Below, piece after piece: positions 30,736 through 38,788 of a DNA stretch of 39,159 nucleotides. Location: the NCBI GenBank assembly GCA_913050015.1, contig CAJXAZ010000003.1, positions 1 to 39,159 of the forward strand, in the 5' to 3' direction. The DNA comes from an uncultured Gammaproteobacteria bacterium (GTDB taxonomy: Bacteria; Pseudomonadota; Gammaproteobacteria; Magnimaribacterales; D2472). Every line of letters starts with the position of its first letter. Position 1 is the first letter of the stretch. The translations under genes and the position numbers were made by a program. Under the pieces are notes generated by a model, which was not told the origin of the DNA, did no database searches, and was given only the letters and a program-made list of their open reading frames with translations.

Positions 30736-32010
30736 TTAGTCAAATTGCTTGTCAGCACTCGCAAATAAAAAGTAGTAAATTCCACCAAAAACTAGCATTC
30801 CACTGCATATGTGAAATATAAGCGTCCAAGAGTTGGTAGCTTGAAGAATTATACCTGCAATGATGGGACTTAACACTGCTGCAATCATGCCTAAACTTCC
30901 TGCAATCCCAAATAAAGAACCAGTATATTTTGGACCAAGATCTGCATGGTTAACTCCAAAACCCCCTGCGCCGAGCCCTGAACATATGTTAGTTAGGCAT
31001 AGCAAGGTTATTACTAATAAGATTGAGTCTTGGAAGGGAAGTAGAAATAAAAATAGAGCAGCTCCAAAAAATCCCAAGCTATTAAAAAACTTTCTAACTT
31101 TAATAGTTTTATAGCCTCTTTTAATAAGCATATCTGCAGAAATGCCACCTAGCACAAGAGCAAATACGGAAACAGCACTGGGTACAAGTATTAGTAAAAT
31201 AAATAAGTTAGATCCAAGCTCCAATCCAAGACCACCAGTTTCTGTTGAAGAACTCATAAATTTTGGCAAGTATGAAAGAAAAGTAAATAAGGCCCAATTA
31301 TTACAAAAAGTTGCAACAACAATAGCAATAAAAGGCCCGTTTTTAATAACCTCTAAAAATGGAATTGATGGTGCTGCAGAATTAGTAGGAGCTTCAGCTT
31401 TTATATATTCAAGCTCTTCATTAGAAATGCTTTTATGATCTTCTGGATAAGAGGTAACTACCCTTTGCCAGAAGAAAAATAACACTATTCCAAGAGCTCC
31501 AAAAGAATAAAAAACCCATTCCCAAGAATATCCTTCAATAATAATAGCTGTAACCACGAGGCCAAAAACTGAGCCAAATGAAATACCGCTATTTGTAATA
31601 GCTATTGCTCTAGTTCTTTCCTGAAAAGGAATCCATCTAGCATATATTGAGTGCCATGCTGGAAAAGTAACACCCTCTCCAAGCCCCATTAAAATTCTTA
31701 TTAATATTAAAAAGAAAAAACCGCTGTATGCAAAAGCTGGGGTAATTATCGTAAAAAATGACCATAAAAGTAGACCATATGCGAGAACAATCTTTCCTCC
31801 ATACTTATCAGCTAGAAAGCCACCAAAGGTCATCGATATTATATAGCCAAAGTAAAAAGAGCCAAGAATAATACCAACCTGAGACTCACTCCACCCAAAC
31901 TGGGCTTGCATGGGAATAATAGCAACAGAAATATTTACACGATCTATAAAGCAAATAAATACGGCTAGAAAAGACATAAAAACTATCCTAAATCTAACTG
32001 GAAAAATCAT
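30736..32010 (-). CDS. MFS transporter, anion:cation symporter (SLC17/sialin-like) family
   Basis: 'DRVNISVAIIPM', GGFLADKYGG motif A, RILMGLGEGVTFPA, W.P..ER. Confidence 0.88.
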   Translation of the reverse strand: MIFPVRFRIVFMSFLAVFICFIDRVNISVAIIPMQAQFGWSESQVGIILGSFYFGYIISMTFGGFLADKYGGKIVLAYGLLLWSFFTIITPAFAYSGFFFLILIRILMGLGEGVTFPAWHSIYARWIPFQERTRAIAITNSGISFGSVFGLVVTAIIIEGYSWEWVFYSFGALGIVLFFFWQRVVTSYPEDHKSISNEELEYIKAEAPTNSAAPSIPFLEVIKNGPFIAIVVATFCNNWALFTFLSYLPKFMSSSTETGGLGLELGSNLFILLILVPSAVSVFALVLGGISADMLIKRGYKTIKVRKFFNSLGFFGAALFLFLLPFQDSILLVITLLCLTNICSGLGAGGFGVNHADLGPKYTGSLFGIAGSLGMIAAVLSPIIAGIILQATNSWTLIFHICSGMLVFGGIYYFLFASADKQFD

Positions 32011-32054
32011 GTGCTAAAGGTTAAAAAAAACACGTATATCTTAACTGATAATAT

Positions 32055-33338
32055 CTACTTTTGCTTCTTGAGTCTTTCTTCAAGCGCTCCTAGATTCAAA
32101 TTACCTGGAGATCCTTCTGAATAATTCATTGTTTCAGAGCTATCAAGTAAAGATATATCAGAAGTATTCTTTACCGTATTATAGGCATCTCTAAAAGGCG
32201 TTCCCTTAGCAACAAGTGCATAAACCTTATCTGTCATCTTCATCTCCTCATCAATAAAGCTATTAGACCTATCTTTGTTAACCTTTATCGTTTTAATAAG
32301 ATCAGGGACTATATTGAGACTTTTTTGACATATTTCAAAACTTGAAACTAGACTTCTCTTCGTAAGCTGCAAGTCTCTATGGTAACCACTTGGCAGAGAG
32401 AGAAGATTCTCAAGCTCAGCAGCCTGACCTGCAAGAATAGAATAATTTGCTCTTAAAATTTCAACTACGTCCGGGTTGTTTTTGTTTGGCATAATTGATG
32501 AGCCTGTTAAATATTTACTATCAATATTTAACAAATCAAATTCTTGAGATAAAAATAAACTCATATCCCATGAAAATTTTCTTATATCAAGCATTGACTG
32601 CTTGAGGGTGCTTAAGATTTGCATTTCATATTTTCCCCTACTGTTTTGAACGTAAAGGCTATTTAATTGAATTCTTTTAAATCCTAAATCTCTAGTTACC
32701 TTTTTTCTATTAAGGGGTAATCCAACTCCATAACCAGCTGCACCCCCCAGTGGGTTTGAGTCAATCCAGTTAATAGTACTTTCAATTAAATCAACGTTAT
32801 CAATAAATGATTCTGCGTAAGATGAAAACCATAGACCCCATGAGGAAGGCATTGCTCTTTGAAGATGCGTATAGCCAGGCATTGGAATATTTTCATATTT
32901 TTTAGCTGAAGATAAAAAAGTTCTAGCAATCTTTTTATTAATTTTCTTAAAATCAACTAAATTTGCTTTTGCATAAAGTCTCATAGCAACCATTACTTGA
33001 TCATTTCTACTTCTGCCGGTGTGAACTTTTTTTCCAAGATCGCCTAATTCTTTAGTTAAAAAGAACTCAATAGCAGAATGACAATCTTCATACTTATTAG
33101 TTAATTTGAAGGAGCCTTTAATAAACCTTTCTTTTAAATCTTTTAACGACTTCTCTAGTTTATTAAGTTCAGATTTTGTGAGAATGCCTATCGACATGAG
33201 AGATTTGATATGGGCGGATGTTGCATCAATATCAAAAATAAATATTGCTTTATCAAGCTCTATATCTTCGCCAGCTAAGAATGAATTTATCTCATCAGAT
33301 GAATTGCTATCACCTATATTCCATAGTTTTTTAGTCAT
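32055..33338 (-). CDS. argH: Argininosuccinate lyase
   Basis: HTGRSRNDQ, PGYTHLQRA, GSSIMPNK.NPD, GYHRDLQ. Confidence 0.96.
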   Translation of the reverse strand: MTKKLWNIGDSNSSDEINSFLAGEDIELDKAIFIFDIDATSAHIKSLMSIGILTKSELNKLEKSLKDLKERFIKGSFKLTNKYEDCHSAIEFFLTKELGDLGKKVHTGRSRNDQVMVAMRLYAKANLVDFKKINKKIARTFLSSAKKYENIPMPGYTHLQRAMPSSWGLWFSSYAESFIDNVDLIESTINWIDSNPLGGAAGYGVGLPLNRKKVTRDLGFKRIQLNSLYVQNSRGKYEMQILSTLKQSMLDIRKFSWDMSLFLSQEFDLLNIDSKYLTGSSIMPNKNNPDVVEILRANYSILAGQAAELENLLSLPSGYHRDLQLTKRSLVSSFEICQKSLNIVPDLIKTIKVNKDRSNSFIDEEMKMTDKVYALVAKGTPFRDAYNTVKNTSDISLLDSSETMNYSEGSPGNLNLGALEERLKKQK

Positions 33339-34269
33339 TATTTATTCCTGTTAATTCCTCTAAGCCACATGAAGAATTTAAGTTTTGTATTGCTTGAGTA
33401 GCAGCACCTTTTAATAAGTTATCGATGACACAGCAAATAGTTATATTGTAGCCACTGTTATCCAGAGAGAAACCACCAATAAGAGCAGAATGCGTATTAA
33501 TTACTTTATTTATCATTGGTATATCTTTTTGAATTTTTACCAAAGGCTTGTTCTTATAGTAATCACTAAATACCCTATAAATCTCTAATTCATCTGAAGA
33601 GTTTTTCAGCTTAATATGGGATGTTATTAATATTCCTCTAAAAAAATTACCAACATGAGGACTGAATGATAAATTCTCATAGCAATGTCTCTGAACTTCA
33701 CTTTCATGAATATGATTAGATAGAGAATAAGGAATAATATTATTCTTAAGATTCTCTGGGCTATTTTTATCATTTGGTGATGCTCCAGCCCCGCTATAGC
33801 CTGATATACCCATGCAACTGACAGAACCATCAATAAGATCTACTAAGGGACTTATTGAAAGCTGCATTGCGGTGGCATAACAACCTGGGTTACTTATTCT
33901 ATTAGTCGCTTTTTCACTGGCGATCTCGGGCAGTCTATATTGCCAATCTTTATCAAATCTATAATCAGAGCTCAAGTCAATTAACGTTATGTCTGAATAA
34001 TTTTGATTAATAATATCAAGATATCTAAAAGATTCATTATTTGGGAGAGCCATTATGACAATATCCACTTCTTCAAGATTAATGTCTGAAACTTCAAGGA
34101 AAGAATAACTTAAATTAGATTTTTTATATTCATTTACTGGATCCCCAGCTGATGATTTTGAAAAAATTTTAACTAGATCAAAACATGGATGATCGTTAAG
34201 GATTTGGATTATTTCTTGGCCAACATAACCTCTTCCTCCGATCATAGCGATATTGAATTTATTTTTCAT
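33331..34269 (-). CDS. argC: N-acetyl-gamma-glutamyl-phosphate reductase
   Basis: GGRGYVG, DLSSDYR, NPGCYAT, SGYSGAG, DNLLKGAATQA. Start likely ATG 34269 (MKNKFN). Confidence 0.95.
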   Translation of the reverse strand: MKNKFNIAMIGGRGYVGQEIIQILNDHPCFDLVKIFSKSSAGDPVNEYKKSNLSYSFLEVSDINLEEVDIVIMALPNNESFRYLDIINQNYSDITLIDLSSDYRFDKDWQYRLPEIASEKATNRISNPGCYATAMQLSISPLVDLIDGSVSCMGISGYSGAGASPNDKNSPENLKNNIIPYSLSNHIHESEVQRHCYENLSFSPHVGNFFRGILITSHIKLKNSSDELEIYRVFSDYYKNKPLVKIQKDIPMINKVINTHSALIGGFSLDNSGYNITICCVIDNLLKGAATQAIQNLNSSCGLEELTGINND

Positions 34270-35569
34270 ATGTAATTGTTGCCGGCTGATTTGATGCATA
34301 GTTTATGCACGCTGTTAATTCATTTGTATCAGTAATTCCAACCCAAAAAATATTCCAATCCTCGTTTCTTTGGAATCCATCGCAGACATCTTTGTAGAAA
34401 TTATTTATAGAGTTTTTAGATCTTGATCTCCAAAATATTTTAGTATGATTTGATGTCATCTTATTCCACATGGCATTTCCCAAACCTTCGCCTCTAGCAG
34501 AGCTAATTACAGCAAATTTATCCATATAAGCTATATCGTGTTGATAAGACATTACTATTGCCGCTCTATTGCATGAGCTTACATAGAAATCTTTATTGCC
34601 AGTTGTAAAATATTCCTCAACCAAATCACCTCTGAAAGAGCTCTCAAGTATGTGAGTAAGATTATTAATGCCATCATCATCAAGAGTGTTTGAATGAGTA
34701 ATTTTATGACCTGCCTTAACTAAAGTTCCATAACCAGCATCAGTAAATAACTCTCTATTTAGATGCAATGGCTTAGTTATAGAGACAGAACTATTATTTG
34801 GTAATGATTCTAAAAGTAGCTTGATTTGTTGAAGTTTTAACTTCATTCCAGAATGAAGCCATTCCTGAGCCATAAGTCTCTCATAGTCATCTTTTATATT
34901 AATTGTAGAAATTAAATTGTTGTTTGCATCTAATATGCCACCAACATCACTTAAGAAAATTACCTTATCAGGAGATATTTCACTAGCCAAAGCCAAAGTA
35001 GCTTTGTCGGCATTAATATTAACTATTTGACCATCTGAAGTTTTGCCAACAGGAGCAATAACAGGAACTCCATTATTTAGAATAATATCTTTTATTTTAT
35101 CTGAAAATGTTTTAACCACCTCTCCAACATATCCAAGAGATTCATTTTTAACACTGCATTCAAAAATTTCACCAACCAAGGAGACTGCTTGGACTCCCTC
35201 CTCTTGCAATGCATCTGTAAGTCTTAAATTTTCCCTAGTGAATATTGAAACTGCTACATCTAAAACCTCTTTAGTCGTAACTCTTTGACCATCTACAAAG
35301 GAGAATTTAATATCCTGCTTCTCTAGTTCCTCTGAAAGTATTGGACCTGCGCCATGAACAATGATTGGCCTTAAACCTACTTCGTTAAGAAAGGCTAAAG
35401 AAGATACAAGGTTTTCTAGATCGCTCTGTATAACTGCTCCACCAACTTTTATTACAGCAAACCTATATTCGTCAGAAGAGAATCTTTCTAAATATTTTCT
35501 TATCTCCTTCTCACTACTCATCCCGCTTAGAAGCTTAAGAATAGTATTTTTGGTAAAACTTTTATTCAT
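34259..35569 (-). CDS. argB: Acetylglutamate kinase with C-terminal NAT (DUF619) domain; bifunctional NAGS/K type
   Basis: AAK domain VIKVGG, HGAGP, NINAD, ELFT..GYGT; NAT domain YMDKFAV...GEGLG..W and FWRSR..N..N.FY. Confidence 0.92.
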   Translation of the reverse strand: MNKSFTKNTILKLLSGMSSEKEIRKYLERFSSDEYRFAVIKVGGAVIQSDLENLVSSLAFLNEVGLRPIIVHGAGPILSEELEKQDIKFSFVDGQRVTTKEVLDVAVSIFTRENLRLTDALQEEGVQAVSLVGEIFECSVKNESLGYVGEVVKTFSDKIKDIILNNGVPVIAPVGKTSDGQIVNINADKATLALASEISPDKVIFLSDVGGILDANNNLISTINIKDDYERLMAQEWLHSGMKLKLQQIKLLLESLPNNSSVSITKPLHLNRELFTDAGYGTLVKAGHKITHSNTLDDDGINNLTHILESSFRGDLVEEYFTTGNKDFYVSSCNRAAIVMSYQHDIAYMDKFAVISSARGEGLGNAMWNKMTSNHTKIFWRSRSKNSINNFYKDVCDGFQRNEDWNIFWVGITDTNELTACINYASNQPATITYEK

Positions 35570-35573
35570 TTTA

Positions 35574-36761
35574 TTATTTATTAATATCAGTCCAGGTAGC
35601 AGTACTTTGGCCTAAGAGCTTAATAAAGCCAGTAGACTCCTCTACTCCCCATGATGCAGATTGAGCATATATAGCCTCTTTACTAACAAGTATTTTCTTA
35701 GCTTCTACTTCGACCGCTTCTGCCTTTCCGCCGGATAATAATATAGTTACCTTGCCGTTAACTGGTTGCTGGATATCTTCCAAAAAGTTTTCTAAATTCC
35801 TTGTGAGAGGATCAAAGTAAAAGCCTCCATAAACAAGCTCAACCCATTTTTTACCCACTATAGGTTTAAAGAAGTTTTGTTTATCTGTAAAAATAGCCTC
35901 TTCAAGAGCTCTGTGAGCTCTTTGAAGAATTGTTATTCCAGGAGCTTCAAACAAAAACCTACCTTTGATACCAATAATCGTATCACTTGCAAATATCTCT
36001 CTTCCAATACCATATTTACCGCCCAGTGAATTCAATGTTCTAAGAATTTCTGGCCCATTAATTAACTTACCATTAAGTTTTTTTGCCTCACCTTTCTTGA
36101 ATTCAATAGTAATCTTTTTAGTATTTTGAGGGTACTTATCTGGTGTATTGCAAAGAATATAACTGTCAGACGAAGGCTCTTTCCACTCATCAATTTCTGA
36201 GCCAGAAACGGTTGCTCCCATTAGGTTTTCATTAACACTATATGTTGAATGCAGAGAGGAGACTTTAAAGCCTCTATCTTGAAGATATTCTTTTTCATAA
36301 CCCCTAACATCAGAGACTTTATTTTGAATTTCTCTAATAGGAGTAACAGTTTTATATTTTCCAAAAGCCTGAATAGATAAATCAAACCTGACCTGATCAT
36401 TACCCATTCCAGTGCATCCATGAGAGATATACTTTGTATTTAATTTTTTACATAACTTAATCGCCTCTTTTACAATTAAGTACCTGTCTGAACAAAGAGC
36501 TGGATACTTGTCTTGATACAAGGCTCCTGACCAGACTAATGGCTTAATGATCTCTTTCCATAAAGAGGAATCTATATTTACATTAATATGCTTCTTCGCG
36601 CCTAGCTCATTAGCTCTATTAGTAATCTTATCCTCCTCCTTCTTAGATGTTCCGCCAGTATTTACAAATATTGTATGAACTTCAAAGCCCTGCTCCATAA
36701 GATAAGGTACACAAAAACTTGTATCTAACCCTCCAGAAAATGCTAAAACAATTTTTTTCAT
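35574..36761 (-). CDS. argG: Argininosuccinate synthase
   Basis: LAFSGGLDTS, HGCTGMGNDQVRF, FEAPG. Confidence 0.97.
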   Translation of the reverse strand: MKKIVLAFSGGLDTSFCVPYLMEQGFEVHTIFVNTGGTSKKEEDKITNRANELGAKKHINVNIDSSLWKEIIKPLVWSGALYQDKYPALCSDRYLIVKEAIKLCKKLNTKYISHGCTGMGNDQVRFDLSIQAFGKYKTVTPIREIQNKVSDVRGYEKEYLQDRGFKVSSLHSTYSVNENLMGATVSGSEIDEWKEPSSDSYILCNTPDKYPQNTKKITIEFKKGEAKKLNGKLINGPEILRTLNSLGGKYGIGREIFASDTIIGIKGRFLFEAPGITILQRAHRALEEAIFTDKQNFFKPIVGKKWVELVYGGFYFDPLTRNLENFLEDIQQPVNGKVTILLSGGKAEAVEVEAKKILVSKEAIYAQSASWGVEESTGFIKLLGQSTATWTDINK

Positions 36762-36762
36762 T

Positions 36763-37764
36763 TTATTTATCCTTTAATAATGTAGTTAATAATGATTTCT
36801 GAACATGCATTCTATTTCCAGCCTCTTGAACTGCGACACAATACTTAGAATCCATGACGGCGTCAGTAGCTTTTATATTTCTTCTTAGTGGCAGGCAATG
36901 ACTGAATATTGCGTTATCAGTCATAGACATTTTATTTTCATCAACTATGAAATGTTTATACTGGTCTCTAATTAGTTTCTCTGGCTCTGGATTTCCATAG
37001 TAATTAAGTGATCCCCAACTTTTTGCATAAACGACATGCGCGTCTGAATAGCCCTCCTCAATATCATGAGTAATTGTGAAAGAGGTTCCATTTGCTTTGC
37101 AGTTAGATTCTGCCTGAGAGGTATAGTTGCTATGCAGAATATAGTCATCTGATGGGCATAATAATTTTACATTCATTCCAAATTTACTAGCTATCATCAA
37201 TGAAGAGTTTGCTACTGCTGTGTTTAGTGGCTTTGGATGATATGTCCAAGTTAGTAAGTAATCTTTGCCTGAGAGGTCTCCTAATTGCTCCTGAAGAGTT
37301 AGTATGTGAGCTAGTTCTTGGCACGGATGGGTTATTGTCTCCATATTAACCACTGGTACAGAGGCATATTTTGAAAAGCTATTAATTACATTGTCTGATA
37401 AGTCTTCATCAAGGTTTGTAAATTTAGGAAACGCTCTAACTGCTATAAGATCACAGTACTCTGACAAGACTCCAGCTACTTCAATAATATGCTCTTCTGA
37501 CTCTGAATCCATTACAGAGTTTAATTTAAACTCTATTGGCCAGGCATCTTTGCCTGGATGAAGGACTACAGCATAACCACCTAACTCCTGAATACCAATT
37601 TCAAAACTAGTTCTAGTTCTCATTGATGGATTAAAGAATAGTAAAGCAACAGACTTATTCTTCAGTGTTTCCTGAAACTTATTGTCTTTTAGATCTTTGG
37701 CATAATCCAAGATATCTTGTAATTCGTCCTTAGACCAATCTGATGTAGAGATAAAATTTTTCAT
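36763..37764 (-). CDS. argF': N-acetylornithine carbamoyltransferase (ArgF', Xanthomonas type)
   Basis: FFNPSMRTR, DAWPIEF, EEH, TWTYHPKPLNTAVANS, HCLPLRRNIKATDAVMDS. Start ATG 37764. Confidence 0.92.
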   Translation of the reverse strand: MKNFISTSDWSKDELQDILDYAKDLKDNKFQETLKNKSVALLFFNPSMRTRTSFEIGIQELGGYAVVLHPGKDAWPIEFKLNSVMDSESEEHIIEVAGVLSEYCDLIAVRAFPKFTNLDEDLSDNVINSFSKYASVPVVNMETITHPCQELAHILTLQEQLGDLSGKDYLLTWTYHPKPLNTAVANSSLMIASKFGMNVKLLCPSDDYILHSNYTSQAESNCKANGTSFTITHDIEEGYSDAHVVYAKSWGSLNYYGNPEPEKLIRDQYKHFIVDENKMSMTDNAIFSHCLPLRRNIKATDAVMDSKYCVAVQEAGNRMHVQKSLLTTLLKDK

Positions 37765-37780
37765 AATTAATATTTTTAGC

Positions 37781-37807
37781 AAAAAAAAACCCAGCATATG
37801 GCTGGGT
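37781..37807 (-). terminator. Attenuator terminator hairpin upstream of argF'
   Basis: Minus strand ACCCAGC-CATAT-GCTGGGT running into a U9 tract, 16 nt before the argF' ATG and downstream of the operon promoter. Confidence 0.88.
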
Positions 37808-37833
37808 CTAATTTACAAGTAGACAGACCCAGC
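37801..37833 (-). promoter_or_regulatory. Antiterminator hairpin of the arg leader
   Basis: GCTGGGTCT (37833-37825) is perfectly complementary to AGACCCAGC (37809-37801), which contains the 5' arm of the terminator. Confidence 0.8.
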
Positions 37834-37883
37834 TATTTTGGTGGCACCCGTCTTTCTTGTATTTTTAAGTTGTTCATTTCCAT
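37833..37883 (-). CDS. Putative arg operon leader peptide MEMNNLKIQERRVPPK (or 14 aa from ATG 37877)
   Basis: ATG GAA ATG AAC AAC TTA AAA ATA CAA GAA AGA CGG GTG CCA CCA AAA TAG. Tandem Arg codons; the stop overlaps the antiterminator 5' arm. Confidence 0.72.
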   Translation of the reverse strand: MEMNNLKIQERRVPPK

Positions 37884-37886
37884 CTA

Positions 37887-37914
37887 AGTATATATAGAAT
37901 ATTGATTTTGTAAA
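37887..37914 (-). promoter_or_regulatory. Sigma70-type promoter of the arg leader/operon
   Basis: TTTACA (37914-37909) - 16 nt - TATACT (37892-37887). Confidence 0.6.
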
Positions 37915-38018
37915 CTTTAATACGAGCGATATTCCGCTTGAAACTTCGCTTTTAAGTACTAAATATTAAGTTTTTGACTGATAAGAATACTTTACCCATA
38001 AGGTTTAAACATTCAAAT

Positions 38019-38103
38019 TGGTAGGGATGGAGGGGATCGAACCCCCACGCCTTGCGGCACTAGGTTCTAAACCTAGCGTGTCTACCAGTTCCACCACATC
38101 CCC
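38019..38103 (-). tRNA. tRNA-Leu(UAG)
   Basis: GGGGATGTGGTGGAACTGGTAGACACGCTAGGTTTAGAACCTAGTGCCGCAAGGCGTGGGGGTTCGATCCCCTCCATCCCTACCA; long variable arm, anticodon TAG. Confidence 0.95.
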
Positions 38104-38152
38104 AGAGAAATGAATTATATAGATTAATACTTATGAAAGGAAAGATTAAATT

Positions 38153-38542
38153 TTATAAATCGTAAGAAATTTGATTCTTTCTACTTTTTTGAATTGCGTA
38201 TAGAGAAATACAAAGAGCAAAACCAATGAAAAATGATGTTACAGAGTAGTTGGTAAAGCCTTCATAAATAAAACCAAATACTTTTGCGATCATCATTGTT
38301 GACATGATGTAAAGCAAAATAGTTCCTATCTGGACTTTTGACGAAGAATATACAAACCTCACAGTTAGGTATCCACAGCACATAATAAATCCAGCATATG
38401 TTCTAACTAAAATTGATTGGTCAGCACCCTCTACAATAAAAGGAATGAAGATATTATTAACATTCGGTCCAAAAACAGTAACTGCACCAATTACCAAAAG
38501 GAATAAGCCAGCAGAAACTAAAAATATTCTAAAAATAATCAT
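38153..38542 (-). CDS. Hypothetical four-TM membrane protein
   Basis: Hydrophobic ORF. Start likely ATG 38542, in an ATGA overlap with the upstream stop. Confidence 0.6.
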   Translation of the reverse strand: MIIFRIFLVSAGLFLLVIGAVTVFGPNVNNIFIPFIVEGADQSILVRTYAGFIMCCGYLTVRFVYSSSKVQIGTILLYIMSTMMIAKVFGFIYEGFTNYSVTSFFIGFALCISLYAIQKSRKNQISYDL

Positions 38543-38751
38543 AGAACTCCAAGCATATAAAGAGCTATAAGAAATGAAACACCCCCAACACCCATCCAAA
38601 TATACATTTCTTTATAATTTTTGAATTTATAGGAGTTAATTGCAAGGAAACAGCAAAATATTGGAGCAACTACCAAAACTCCATAACCAACTAATATTGC
38701 CAAAGGTATAAATGCTAATAGTAAAAAAGCTTGTAAAAACCACTTATTCAT
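38539..38751 (-). CDS. Small hypothetical membrane protein
   Basis: 70 aa hydrophobic ORF from ATG 38751, translationally coupled to the next gene. Confidence 0.55.
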   Translation of the reverse strand: MNKWFLQAFLLLAFIPLAILVGYGVLVVAPIFCCFLAINSYKFKNYKEMYIWMGVGGVSFLIALYMLGVL

Positions 38752-38788
38752 AGAGTAATAAGACAACTATTTGAATATATTGTCAATT

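Noticed and set aside
37765-37797. Extended argF' N-terminus MLGFFLLKILI from the ORF track
   Set aside because: It is read through the terminator stem and U-tract; homologous sequence begins at MKNFIS (37764).
37920-38018. Possible sRNA or small ORF (MGKVFLSVKNLIFST) and a weak hairpin between tRNA-Leu and the arg promoter
   Set aside because: No SD, no informative codons and only a 6-bp stem; not supportable without conservation data.
32055-38103. arg operon as an island integrated at the tRNA-Leu 3' end
   Set aside because: No integrase, no duplicated tRNA 3' end found by eye, and no obvious composition shift. Ancient transfer cannot be excluded.
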